Notes under the pieces: model-generated
Seen by the model: only the letters and a program-made list of their open reading frames with translations
Told to the model about the DNA's origin: nothing
Databases searched by the model: none
Position numbers and translations under genes: made by a program
In this document: positions 36,560 to 49,432 of the stretch, piece after piece
How positions within the stretch are numbered: the stretch's first letter is position 1
How the letters are laid out: each line of letters starts with the position of its first letter
DNA from: Mobula hypostoma
Lineage: Eukaryota
Assembly: GCF_963921235.1 (NCBI RefSeq)
Contig: NC_086110.1
Location: forward strand, 37,820,001-37,884,000
DNA length: 64,000 nucleotides
Reading direction: 5' to 3'

Positions 36560-37050
36560 CATAGAGGTTACACTCCAATTTTACCAAAAAAACTCCAGTC
36601 AGACCTCAGCTGGAATACTGGATACAGTTCCAGTCACCATACTATAGGAAAGATGTGATAGCGGCAGAGACAATTCATCGGCGTGTTGCACAGGGTGCAG
36701 TTAAGAAGGGGTGGGAGAAACTTAATCTGTTTTGCAGGGAGCAGCGGAGGTTGACAGGGACATGATTTAGGTATATAAAATTATGAGAAGTGCAGTTTGG
36801 ATTAAATGAGGAATTTTTCCCCTTTGTCATGGGTGAATGAATCTAGTCAGACAGGTTTAGGGTAAGCAGTAAGGGATTGAGAGGTATTGAGAGTAATGTT
36901 TTTATCCAGAATGGTGAGTATGTGAAATGCACTGTCTGAAACTGGTGGACGCAGAATTTTTAACTACATTTACAATAGTGCCTGCATGACCAGCTAAACT
37001 ACTGAGGCACAGAAGGCAACAGGCCAGGTGGCTGGTTTAATATAGAAGAG
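36560..37050 (+). mobile_element. Old degraded CR1 3' fragment
   Basis: AGACCTCAGCTGGAATACTG..CAGTTC..TCACCATACTATAGGAAAGATG (RPQLEY..QF.SPYYRKD). Confidence 0.6.
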
Positions 37051-38430
37051 TTAACATTGAAGTTGTTTTGATTTGTGGTAAACATTTAATTTGGACATAT
37101 ATTTCTAATGGCAATGTCAGCACCATCTAAGTGACAAGAATCTCACTGACGCTATTAAAATATGCAATCCATTCTCAAATTTTACAAGTAAATTTGCTTT
37201 ATCAACATTATTTATTTTCCATAATAATACCCAAATGTTGGCCAGCTCAAAAATGAACATTAGCAAGGTTTCAAATATGTCTTTATTATTAAGTTACATT
37301 TTACAAATCGTAGCTATACAAATCTAACTTTTGTTCCATCTATACATAATATACACTGCAGAAGAAAGAATTCACCAACACAAAATTTAGTTAAATACTA
37401 AGGGTGTAAATATTATTCCTTACTGTCAAGATGCATTAGGTTCCTAACTGCACACACTCAACACCAATAAATGTATCATAATAATATTGTTCAAAGTTAA
37501 TTATATTTCTATATTTACATAAAGAAATTTAATTTTTTTTTAAATTATCGGTTTCACAATGGATCAAAAAATATAAAGAAAATCTCAATTTCAAATTTGG
37601 CCCCAAGCTGATAAAATAAAAATCTCAAAATAAAAAAATTAAAATAAGTAACAGTAATTGTAACATTCACAGCATCTTCCTTTTATCAAAATTATCTTCT
37701 TGAAAAATGGGCCAAAATATGCCTTTTGTTGGAAGTCAGGGAGGGGAGTGTTAGGAGGTTGCAAAGAGACCACCAAGACAGGTGACCATTGAATTTTCTC
37801 ATTAATTCTCAAGTATAACTATGTTCTTCAAAGCTTAATGCAGCAATCATTGCCTTGTTTAACAATGCAGTTATAAATCCTTATTTTAACATTACCTCTT
37901 CTTTCTGGAAATGGAAGTATCAATTTACACTGTCAACAAGTGCTCACATGGAGATTGTTTGGCCATGAAGTCTCACATGTCCATGAATCTGCACTGATTC
38001 TCCTCCTGCCCACCTACACTTAATGTAAATTAAATGTGCCAATTAACAGAACAACCAGCATCTCTTGTATTAGGAAACCAGATCCCAGGAAACCCCACTT
38101 TGTCACAAGCACGCACAACCTTTACATAGACAGATCATGGTTGCCAGCATAGATACACTGGTGTATTTCATGTTTTAGTTATTTTATCAGCAATCTTTCA
38201 TCAACCTCTTAAATATCTTCCAAAATAGCAGATTCATGAAATACAGATGCAGTGTACTAGGTCTGTATTTTACAATCAGGATTGATAAAATAATAGGCAC
38301 ATTTTTTCTTTAATTACATTGCCCTTTTTTAACACTCAGTCTTAGATAATGACTATAAAGCAAAAATGACCTTGGAACATGAAAAGTATTACATGATGAT
38401 CTGACCAATAAACATCCTTCATGTTATGAA

Positions 38431-38850
38431 TTGTACTCGTTGGAATTTAGAAGATTGAGGGGGGATCTGATTGAAACGTATAAGATCCTAAAGGGATTGG
38501 ACAGGCTAGATGCAGGAAGATTGTTCCCGATGTTGGGGAGGTCTAGAACGAGGGGTCACAGTTTGAGGATAGAGGGGAAGCCTTTTAGGACCGAGGTTAG
38601 GAAAAACTTCTTCACACAGAGAGTGGTGAATCTGTGGAATTCTCTGCCACAGCAAACTGTTGAGGCCAGTTCATTAGCTATGTTTAAAAGGAAGTTAGAT
38701 ATGGCCCTTGTGGCTACAGGGGTCAGGGGGTATGGAGGGAAGGCTGGGTTCTGAGTTGGATGATCAGCCATGATCATAATAAATGGCGGTGCAGGCTCGA
38801 AGGGCCGAATGGCCTACTCCTGCACCTATTTTCTATGTTTCTATGTTTCT
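38431..38850 (+). mobile_element. Young 5'-truncated CR1 with 10-bp TSD
   Basis: Near-identical to 30495-30923; ATGTTATGAA at 38421-38430 and 38851-38860. Confidence 0.95.
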
Positions 38851-40319
38851 ATGTTATGAAGCTGATGTGAAAAAGTAACAGGAAAACTTTAACATTCCTA
38901 TTAACTATTTATTACTGATACAATCAGGCACGTGCAGTGGATGCTTAAGGCTCACAGAGCTGAAATAATGAAGTCATTCAGCAGATTCCCAGTTACGCCT
39001 GCATTGTTTCAGACAACTTAAATAAACTTTCCAGTTACAAGTCAAGATTGTACCCTATTAGCATGATTGAATTTTAACTGTTTACAACAATATGGAATAT
39101 CTTACTGTAAAAGAATGCAGTGAAAATAAAGTGAGCTTCTGACTGGAAAAAACTAAATAAAACAATGTGAAAATAATTTAATTTTCACAAACATGCCACT
39201 TTAAGAAATGTGTTAAATCAGTTCATGTCTAATTAATACATTCCCTGCTAAACTGTGTTTGCAAAGCTTTCAAAACATATATCCACTCCCTCAACAAATC
39301 ATTTGTTCTTTTATCATGAATTCACATTTGCAATAATTTCCAGTAATAATCCCAGCAGCTTTACAACAGCTCATATAACATTATTCAGACTAACTTTTGC
39401 AAATAATATTTTTTAAAGAGAGATCATGTTGACTCAAGTCTGTATATCTCTATTCCTGAAAGAGCCTTTTACATCAAAATTTTACCAGTTTCTTTTAAGG
39501 TTAGCTTGTCAACTTAGAGACAATTTATCTTCCAGTGGTAGTTTTGCACTACTGACAATTTATGCCCACGGTGACTTAAAATAAAACTACCCATGCTAAC
39601 TTATTTAGTTCTGTTGGGGATGTAATTTTAATCCCATCAGTGTGGGCTGAATTCAAACTGAGAGTGAATAGCTCAATAAATTAACCTATGGTGCTAACCA
39701 GTCATTTACGTGTCAATGTTCGCAGATATGTGATGGATAACTAGGTGCACGTTGACCATTATTCCTGTCCTATTAAGCTGGAAATTAATGGACAATGTAC
39801 AGCGGGTGTTCTGATACATGATTTTGGATTGCATAAATGTGCACAAGAGTTAAGGTTAATAATTTACAGGATATTATTAAAAAGACACAAACATTACATA
39901 GGTTAATGCAACTGTACAAGAATTTTTTAAAGCACATTAACAAGGAATGTCATTAGAAACATCAAAATGTATAAGTTTGCCATTCACCTTCAGTTTTTGC
40001 TCTAAGATTAATTAAAAGTTGTCATTTGAATTGCTCAGATATTGCTGTGATTTCCTTTTCTATTTCCACACAATTATGTAAGCTCTTCCTTGTTAGGGGC
40101 ACCATTTAATTCTCCAATAACATAAAAACCTCAATTGGCTTTACATCAGGGAACGTTTAGAAAATTATCCTTAAACTCACTGTCTATTGCATATCTAAAA
40201 AGTTTAAAAGCTGAATTGAAATAGAGGAATTTCATAAACCAACAGTGAAATGAGAAGGACTTCTCAGGTCTTGACTGTTGATAGAATCATCCCTCCCCAC
40301 CAACTCCTGTATAGGTACT

Positions 40320-41060
40320 CAACCCTGGAACTGCGCTAAATATTACACCTGCCTCTACACCCTCCTCCACATTCAGGGTCATAAACAGTCTTTCCAGGTG
40401 AGGCAGTCCTTCACAAATAAATTGAACGATGTCAGTTATTGTATCTGGTGCTCCTAACAGTAAGACCGAAAACAAAATGGGGGACCACTTCATCAAACAC
40501 CTTTGCTCTATCTGTAGTACAGCCACCATTACAATTCCACTTCCCATTCCCACACTGACATAACTGTCTATGGCTTCCACCACTGCCTGGTTGAGGCTGG
40601 ATGTAGATTAGAGTAACAACACCTCATATTCAATCTTTATTGTCTCAACCTGATGGCATGAACAAAAATTTCTCTAGCTTCTGACAATCACACCTCTCTG
40701 TCATTCCCCCCTTGGTTTTGCCTTATTCTTCAAGCTCCATCACTCCTTCCCTTGCCCTCGTGATCTGCCTATCACCCACACCTTCCTCCCTTTGCCTCCC
40801 CCTCATCCCCTGTCCTTTATTCCATGGTCTGCTGTCCACTCCTATCAGGTTCCATCTTCTTCAACGCTTTGTCAGTTCCACCTATCACATCCCAGCTTAT
40901 CACTTGCCAGTTCTCACTCCAGCTCCTCCCTTCTCCCCCACCTTATGTATGAGCCTTTCTTTCCAGTCCTGATGAAGGATCTCAATCCGAAACATCAACT
41001 GTCCATTTGCCTCCATAAGAGCCGCCTGACCCACTGTGTCCCTTCAGCATCTTGTGTCTT
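40320..41060 (+). mobile_element. Older PLE 3' fragment (GIY-YIG relic + pLTR)
   Basis: TTCCAGGTGAGGCAG, GGGGACCACTTCATCAAACACC, CAACCTGATGGCATGAAC, followed by pyrimidine tract and HHR. Confidence 0.8.
40964..41001 (+). ncRNA. Hammerhead ribozyme variant with compensated stem II
   Basis: CAGTC-CTGATGA-A-GGAT-CTCA-ATCC-GAAA-CA-TC-AACTG. Confidence 0.75.
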
Positions 41061-41629
41061 CAATAGTACCAAAAGTAGGTTTCTGTGAAATTTGCTCTTG
41101 AATAGTGTTAACCATTTCCACAGAAACAGCGAGTAAGCAATTGTCAACTGGGAGTGGAAAGAAAATGGCTGTTCATTAGTATACATTTACCCCAGTGGTC
41201 AGAATCAATCGATATCCCTTGAATTACTGCAGAATACATCTGCCACAATTTAGTCATTTTAGACCATACGACAGTTACACTTTCATACAAATTAAATATA
41301 TGCTTTGACTGTGTAATAAAGAACAACTTTTATAAAAAAGGATCAATGGGCCTCATGTGCAAAGGTCTTGTAGATTGGTACAAATGATGGTAAAATAAGT
41401 ACTTGAAAACCAATTTTAGTGTCCACTTCAGATGAGTAGTTGCTTACTCGTTGGTATCTTCTTAACCAGTAGTTACATGGCTCACTTCAGACTATAGTGA
41501 CAATTCACTTTTTGTTCTAATCACCAGAGACAACAGAATATAGATGAAGGGGTGTTCTGACTGAGATGATACAATGTATGAGATTTAGCTAGCACATTTG
41601 ACAAAATTTGAGTATTTATAGTGATTAAG

Positions 41630-42181
41630 GAGTACTGTATGCAGTTCCTGTCTCCATACTTGAGGAAGGATATACTGCCTTGGAGGCAGTGCAGAGGAGG
41701 TTCACCAGGTTGATTCCAGGGATGAAGGGGTTAATCTATGAGGAGAGATTGAGTTGCCTGGGACTATACTCTCTGGAGTTCAGAAGAATGAGAGGGGATC
41801 TTATAGAAACATACAAAATTTTGAAAGGGATAGCTAAGATAGAAGTAGGAAAGTTGTTTCCATTGGTAGGTGAGACTAGAACTAGGGGACATTGCCTCAA
41901 GATTCAGGGGAGAAGATTTAGGATGGAAATGAGGAGAAACTGTTTTTCCCAGAGAGTGGTGAATCTGTGGAATTCTCTGCCCAGGGAAGCAGTTGAGGCT
42001 TCTTCACTAAATATATTTAAGAAACAGTTAGATAGGTTTTCACATAGCAAGGAATTTAAGGGTTATGGGGAAAAGGCAGGTAGATGGAGCTGAGTTTATG
42101 GACAGATCAGCCATGATCTTATTGAATGGCGGGGCAGGCTCGATGGGCCGGATGGCCTACTCTTGCTCCTAGTTCTTATTA
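41630..42181 (+). mobile_element. 5'-truncated CR1
   Basis: ORF 41680-42093 EAVQRRFTRLIPGM..FSQRVVNLWN; 3' stem-loop. Confidence 0.92.
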
Positions 42182-43046
42182 TGTAGAAACTGGGCAATAG
42201 AGGAATAATTTGAAGACTAAATGTAAAAGACTTACAACCTGCTACTGACAAGAGTAGTCCTGCAAAACATTAGGAAAACCAGGAGCCATATAACTCATTT
42301 GAACCTGCTCTACTATTCAGTAAGGGCAGGACTAAGTTACGCGCAACGTCTATTTTTAATATTTCTTGGAATGCCTCCATTCCCTTGGTCCTCAAAAATA
42401 TTGAGAACGTAATCTTGAACCTGTACATAGACCACTAGGGTAGAATTATAGAACCCTCAAAGAAATCTCTCCATGTCAGTTTCTAGAGGCTAATCCCTTA
42501 GAATAAGACAGTGCCCTGACTCGACTCATCAGCCATTACAAACGGTCTTTCAGCGTCTAACCTGTCAATTCCACGTACAATTTTGTACTTTTCACTGTTA
42601 CCTATCATTCCAAATTTAAATGAGTATGAGAAATCCAACTCAACAGCACTTCCGGCGTAACTGCACTGCCCTGCCTCCGAGGCTAGGATGCTAGGAATGC
42701 TCGCAACAAATACCTGTGCAATCCCTCCCTTTCTACGCCAACTACCTTAATCACGCCATTCCTTAGGAATGCACCAATTTGGAAAAAAAAACATTCAGTA
42801 TTGACTGATATGCAGCAGGTAACGTTCAGATAAATGCCAGACGATGACCACCTCAACACCTGGTCTGAACCACGATGTTCTCACTTCCATCAGCAATAGC
42901 ACTGTTTATTTAACTGGATCAGTCACATAGAAACTGTAGCCACAACAGCAGGTTAAGGATTGAGTACCCTTCATATGACACATCTTCTGACTTCAGACAG
43001 CCTTCTTACAGTCTATAAAGCAAAGCCAGGGATGTTCTCATATCAT

Positions 43047-43235
43047 AAACACAAGAGGTTCTGCAAATGCTGGAAATCCAGAGCAACATGCACAAAATGG
43101 TGGAGGAACTCAGAATCTACAGAAAGGCATAAAGAGTCCACCTTTCAGGCCAAGACCCTTCATCGGGTCTCTTTATTACTTTCTATAAATGCTGCCTGAC
43201 CTGCAGAGTTCCTCCAGCATTTTGTGTGTTGTGTG
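43047..43235. mobile_element. Short PLE fold-back insertion
   Basis: Reverse tailed arm + forward tail-less arm; TSD TGTTCTCA(T/A)ATCAT at 43033-43046 and 43236-43249. Confidence 0.8.
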
Positions 43236-43340
43236 TGTTCTCAAATCATTTCCTCACCTGGATGACTGCAGCTCCAAAAGCACGCAGCACAAAGGAGTTC
43301 ACTCAATTGAATCATTCATTCCAATACCACCATAATATAG

Positions 43341-43917
43341 TGTAATGCCCTAGTTCATATTTTTACTGTTATGCTGTATGTATTTCATTTAGCAGTTCTG
43401 TAAGAGCAGTCTGTTCTGTTTTCAGCTTGTTTGGGTTATTGATGAAGACAAGAGAGGAGGAGAAATGTGTGCCATCCAATTAGGATGGTCGAATTAAGGG
43501 GAGGTTTCTCTAAGATTGGGCTTGGCGCTTTTGTTCAAGAGAGGATGAAGAGGGAAGACGCAGGAGAGAAGAGGTCGTAGGATTCGACCCAGAGTGGGAC
43601 CGTGATTCAGCAAAGCTGGGGCAAGATTGATTTGAGCTCCAAACCTATGCACATTTGGCTGTTTAATTGAAACAGGCCCTTTTTTTTTGTTCTTTTCTTT
43701 ACTAACCCTTTAGTCAAATTAAGATTCATAAATATAATCTTTTAATCGTATGTGGTGTACTGTTATTTTGTGGCACTAATTTGAAACAGGTTAGCAAATT
43801 ACACACATCCACACCAACAGGGGTTTGGGGTTGGACATCGCCTCAGTCTTACGAGTTTGGCAGGGCAGGAGGTTGTCTCCCCTAGACTTACACAGCGAAG
43901 GAAACCAGCGGGTTTCA
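43341..43917. mobile_element. Probable solo LTR
   Basis: TGTAATGCCC...GGGTTTCA imperfect inverted termini (TG..CA) interrupting an old LINE relic; no clean TSD seen. Confidence 0.45.
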
Positions 43918-44552
43918 GTACCTTTACTGCCTACACCTACATCAGTCACTCACTTGAACTACTCCAATAGCCCATCTAAGCCTGCAGCAATGACCAAGTT
44001 CAAGGCCAGTAGGTACACATGATCGGCAATATTTCCATGGTGCTTCCTGGGTTGGAAATGTTTCATGATTTGTGAACCAATCACCTGGAACGTCCCCTCA
44101 ACAGCACTATAGGAAAAGTTGCCAGCACTAGGGAAGAATCAGTTCGCTATTTTCTCAAGGGAAAGATCAACAACAACTTATAGATCATACATTAATAATT
44201 GGGCCGGGAAGTAAAAGTGAGTATTGGAACAGATCGGGCTAATGAGATGAAGGCTAAACCTCATACTGAGGATAAACACCCAAATCGACTGTGTGGCTCA
44301 GATGATCTACGAACTCTACTGCAGCTATTGAAAATTAACAATGGGCAATAAGAACAATAATTACAGAATTCCTCCAGCATTTTGTGTGTGTTGCTCGGAT
44401 TTCCAGTGTCTGCAGATTTTCTCTTGTTTATATTATATATCTCCCTCAATCTCCTCAGACTCTGCACTACTTTCACCCTCAATTCTGTAGACATAATTGT
44501 GATTTTCCTTAGTTCTAATTGTGCTTCTCAGAGAAAATAACATTTACTTACT

Positions 44553-44680
44553 GACATATAGTGTGGAGTAGCCCCCTTCCAGCCCTTCGAACCTCACCAT
44601 TCAGCAATCTCCCAACCTAATCCTAGCCTAATCACGGGACAATTTACAATGACCAATTAACTTACCAACTTATCTTTGGA
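44553..44680 (-). mobile_element. V-SINE 3' fragment
   Basis: Similar to 61290-61400 (CCAGCCCTT..CCTAA..ACAATT.ACAA.GACCAATTAAC.TACCAAC). Confidence 0.6.
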
Positions 44681-46245
44681 TATGTGCAAAGTCCACATTT
44701 ATTTCGCCCCAGTGTAGCACTACTGCCAGAAAGAGTCACGTCTGTTGTGGCAGTGCCCTGAGGAATTTTCTAGAATGAGCTCGGGTTGACGTGTGGGCCA
44801 GCCTGCTGTGGAATTTCCTGCCTAGAGACTGTTATTTTCCAATAACATGGAAAATCCCATTATGCTGCAGTAATCCACTTCAGCAACAGTAAAAAAAACT
44901 GCCGCTCCTTCAGGTATTCCACACTCAAATCAGGTTTATCCTCCTCTGATTTACTTAATCCACGCTTACACTACTCCCTGTTTACTGATGTACGTTCTTC
45001 AGCTTAACCCTAACCTGGCACCGTTTATTCCATTTTCTTTTTCTCCTCTTGTTCATCCTTTAGTGCTTATCACACCAGCTTTCTGCCTACTCGAAACACC
45101 ACTTTGCTGCGCCTGTTTAGTATTCTTTAACTTTCGCATAGTTACTGTCCAATCTACAATTTGGGACTGTGACCCATTTGTTAACTTTTATTCTCACTTT
45201 ATGCACATTGTACAGTATCTTTAAAGATAAGAAACTAAATAAATTTGGGATCATTTTGGCATTGCTGGTGGAACAAATTCATCCGTGTTTATACTTGGTT
45301 AATAAGTTAACATCAGGGACAATGCTGATCAGTAGGGCAGTCCTACTGATATGATTGGTTGATTGGGAGATGTGTATACAGGGCCTCCAGCTGCATTGTA
45401 CACGCAGTCGGGTTGTGCAAGGCTGCAGACTAACCTTATAACTAATCCAGAAAGGCTCTCCAAGCTACAGTTATGTTGCAATTCTCACCAGTTACTTTGA
45501 CAAATTTACCTTGATTAACTCTGTCCAGATCATTCTGGGACCTGATATCCCTGTTGTGCATCTAATGTTTCATTTTGGCCACTAGACTATCTTATCAGAA
45601 TTTACAGACACATCAGCCTGACTGAGATGACTAGCTGGAGAGATGTTACTTTCCGAACAGTAACTGTGAGATCATTTCTTGCAGCTTTCCAGTATGTATC
45701 CAGACATTTCTTAAAATTACCATGTTTTTTCAAGTATTACCAAATTAAAAGAGCATTAACGAGCTATTGAAAAAAAGTCCAGTTATTCTTAAATTACCCG
45801 AAAGTTATTCCTTGTTTATGCACCCAGTCCATTTCCTATTGATTGACTGTTGACAAATGACAAGAGAAGGTAAACAACAAAAAAAAATTAAAACAAATTT
45901 AAAGAATCCTGATGCTGATATAATTGGGGGAGAAATTTATCCTGGGTGGTATCGCTGAAATGGGTAAGATTGCATTTGCCACCAGTTAAATACTTGACTT
46001 ATTTTTCCTTTCTTTTTAAGTCAACATAGCTGAACATTGGCCACAGAGTTTAACAGGCAAACATACTTTTGCACCAACCTGCAAGCCAAATGCCACTCCA
46101 TTCTAATCAATATTTAAAACAGCAAAATTCACCAGTATCACTGCAGCATAATCAAGGTAGCATTCTTCATAGATCCTTGAATTCGTAGGCAATACTTTGT
46201 GTCTATCTACTCAGTAAACTTCGTATTTCAAGAATTGCATAGATT

Positions 46246-46511
46246 TCAGTCATGGTATCGCACCTCAGCATTGAGTTGATGCATAAAATATCCACTTATT
46301 GCTGCCAGTACCTGGTTCTTCAAGGCAGCATTTCCCATTACTAATGATATCAATTGGACTGCATCAGTCCAGTCCAAATGCCGGACAATATTTGCTACAT
46401 CGTCACACAGGATCTGCCGTTGATTTGGTGGAAGCTCCATAAGTATCTGGGGCACTGGTTTAAATTGTCCACCTGTCATCCAGGCACCCAACAACCCACC
46501 AACTGCACCAC
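46246..46511 (-). CDS. c19orf12: C19orf12 orthologue, last coding exon
   Basis: [62 protein letters not shown]; acceptor TTTCTCTAG ending at 46512; phase 1 matches the upstream exon. Confidence 0.95.
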
Positions 46512-47352
46512 CTAGAGAAAACAAACAGGACAATATGAACATCATTTATTTTCTAATTTTAAAATGCTTTGTTTTTTTCTTAAAAATACTGCTTCACGTT
46601 TAATTATGCTCCTTGACATACAGCCGTCGAAAGATCCCTCAACCAATAAACTATTTCTATTAAAACAACCAGGACAGTGACTGCTAGCAAGCTATTTAAC
46701 AAGGAATGACATCACAGCCAGGCCCTGATCAGATAATCACCCAAATTTTATACAAGCACTTACGTAATTCACACAGTCGTTAACCGTAGAGATTCAGTTC
46801 AGCACTGCCTCTTCAAACAAGCTTAGGCTTGTTAAAATTAGGCTTTCTTCCCCAACTTCTGAATGAAGAAGGCAACTGTGACACAATTGAGTATCAATCT
46901 ACAGAGCCATGATCCAGAACAGACTCTCTAAGATCTCCCTGAATTGTGGATTTAATTAATGAATGGCTAGGAAATTTCAACTGCAAACTTTGCTCCAATG
47001 ACCAAGAACCAAATGCTTTCTGGCGAAGATACTCCCATAGTAGGAGTTCCAGCATTTACTTCCATTGAGGACAGAAGATTGGTAAAACAGTTTCAGATAT
47101 TTTCCTCAAAATATATTCATTGCATTTTCACACAACATACAGGAACTTGTGAATACACCAAACTGATGCTCCAAAATACTCAATCCAAAACTTATTGTTT
47201 GTTTAATTTATAATTGACACTGAAATAAGGTTTCAGAGATAAATAACAGCTTGTTATTATGACATAAATTTATTTGGAGTAAATGTGATTCATGTATTGT
47301 GTTGTGTAGCTCGGTCCAGAGGAACCTTGTTTCGTTTGATGGTATATATGTA

Positions 47353-48326
47353 CAGGGGATTCTGGTTAATTGGACCATTGGTTGATCGGGGCAGCTGCTT
47401 ATTTGGGACAACTCTTAAAGATCAAAATCTAATCAAGAAAATAGCTGGGATTTTCTTCATTTATTTGGGACACTATACTGCTTACTTGGGACAGGAGACC
47501 GTTCTCACTAGTGTCCGATGCGTGCACTTGTGTGGCCGTTGGACACTACACTGAGCTAACAGGTTTTAAATAGCATCAGTCACATGTGTTTGTGTTCAAA
47601 TAGATGTGATTATTGTCACTGACAGCTGGCGGGAAACAAGCAGTGAAACAATTTGGAACTGTGTTGCTCACTGCGGTTTCAAGCACTCAGGCTTGGAGAT
47701 GAGAGAAACGATGAGGAGTGAAAATAAGATGATTTCACTTCCTCAGCAAGTTAGGAATTAAAAAAGAATTTAAAGGTTATCGACAATCATTTTGAATGTT
47801 ACAATAAAAATGAAGATTTGAAGGATGCAACCATTTCTAACTAGAGTCAGTTTTGTGCACTTGTGTGGCTGTTGGACACTTGAGCTGCATCAGAAAGTAT
47901 CACTTGCAATCAGTTGCGTATGCTTGAGTTGTATTATTCATTTGGGCTGACCAACATTAAATTAAAAAGCAGTGATTTTTGACACTACTTCATGCAAGAA
48001 GGCAACACATGCAGTCTATTATATGTACCAGTATCTGGGCTGATTTTGTTCATTTACAGCAATCAAAAGAATGTGCCAGCATACACTGGATTAATTTCTC
48101 CTTGATAATTATTAGGAACTAATATAGAGTTTTATAGTACTGTAGTAAACTGGGTAGTGTTCTAATTTGTTCTGTATTTCACTTAAATACATAATTTCTT
48201 ACTTAGTTAAACAGTATTTTGTCTTTTTTTAAACTATTTCCATGAAACTTCGGCTAATTGGAGCAGCTGCTTAATTGGGCCAAAATGTACTGGTCCTAAA
48301 GTATCCCAATTAACCAGAGTCTTCCA
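47353..48326. mobile_element. Tc1/mariner (Tigger-like) non-autonomous element in the c19orf12 intron
   Basis: TA-CAGGGGATTCTGGTTAATTGG ... CCAATTAACCAGAGTC..TA termini; subterminal GCAGCTGCTTA repeats. Confidence 0.65.
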
Positions 48327-49269
48327 TATCCAGTTGAATGACAATGGACTTGAACTTGATCTTATAACTTTACTTAAGATTTCGGATCTGTCATGTAATT
48401 GGAGACGAGAATGGTTAATGCTGCCAGAAGTGAAGTATAGCCTACTGGGGGCAAAAAAATAAGCCACAAACGCACATATACAATGAAGGGAATTGACTCA
48501 GCACAGACAGACTTTAAAAGGGATCTAGAAGTGATTTACCACTCAGCATTTCAATGCTGCAAAATAGAATATTAGGGTACAACAACAGAAAGAGAGACTA
48601 TGTTGACATTTATGATGAGATAAAATAATCTATTGAATACATGGGAGTCTAGTTGTCAGATTTTAAAATGGATATGTGTGCTTTAGAAGTGCTGAGATAT
48701 GCATCAGGAGTGACTTCAAAGGTTCGGTTATACGAAAATAGAAGAAAGTTATGATATGATTTATATAAGGCAGAGCCAATGGAACTGACTTATGACTGAA
48801 GTCAAACCAAGCAGAGATTGCAGCTTCTCTTCTCTGAGGATTACGTGGGTTTAATTGGATTCCTGAGACGGATAGCTTTCAGTTTTAGTTTAATTAAATT
48901 ATCACATTTGTCAAAATAAATTTTCCGTTTCCCCATTGGAATTGGAACCCACAAAACTTTGAACTTTTGATGATACTTTTAATAATACTCGGTTTGATCA
49001 CTGACAATATTGCCTGATACTGATCCCTCAAGCATATATTTTACAAACTCTAATAAGCTTTCGTAATTTTGTGGAGATAATAGTCAGCATGTTACTCAAT
49101 TGGGCATTAAACATGTTCATAGTGCCCATTGCCAATCCCACGCTACATTGTTTAAAGGGAGGCACTAACCATGAATCATTTAAATGTAATACCTGGTGCT
49201 TATCTAACTTCACCATTTATTGTCATCTTAAATCTATAAATTTCCATCTGTTCAAGAGCATAAACTTAC

Positions 49270-49432
49270 CAACTGCGATTCCTGGAGGACCACCAACCAA
49301 GCCTCCTGCAAATGCGATTGCACCAGTCCAAAGTGCTCCTTTCGCAGCACTCCTTATTGCGACATGCATCTTCTCTTCCTCCGAAATATGGCGCACCAAC
49401 TTCATCAGGTCATTGACGTTGACAGGCATCAT
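49270..49432 (-). CDS. c19orf12: C19orf12 orthologue, first coding exon (exon starts at 49438)
   Basis: MMPVNVNDLMKLVRHISEEEKMHVAIRSAAKGALWTGAIAFAGGLVGGPPGIAV(G); donor GTAAGT at 49269; acceptor CTTTTAG at 49439; 163+266 = 429 nt = 142 aa + stop. Confidence 0.95.

Noticed and set aside
1-45000. Expected syntenic neighbours of C19orf12 (PLEKHF1, POP4, CCNE1)
   Set aside because: No PH/FYVE, POP4 or cyclin-like exons recognised in the ORF track; small exons could have been missed
46512-46545. [11 protein letters not shown] as the N-terminus of the c19orf12 ORF
   Set aside because: Intronic polypyrimidine tract upstream of the acceptor
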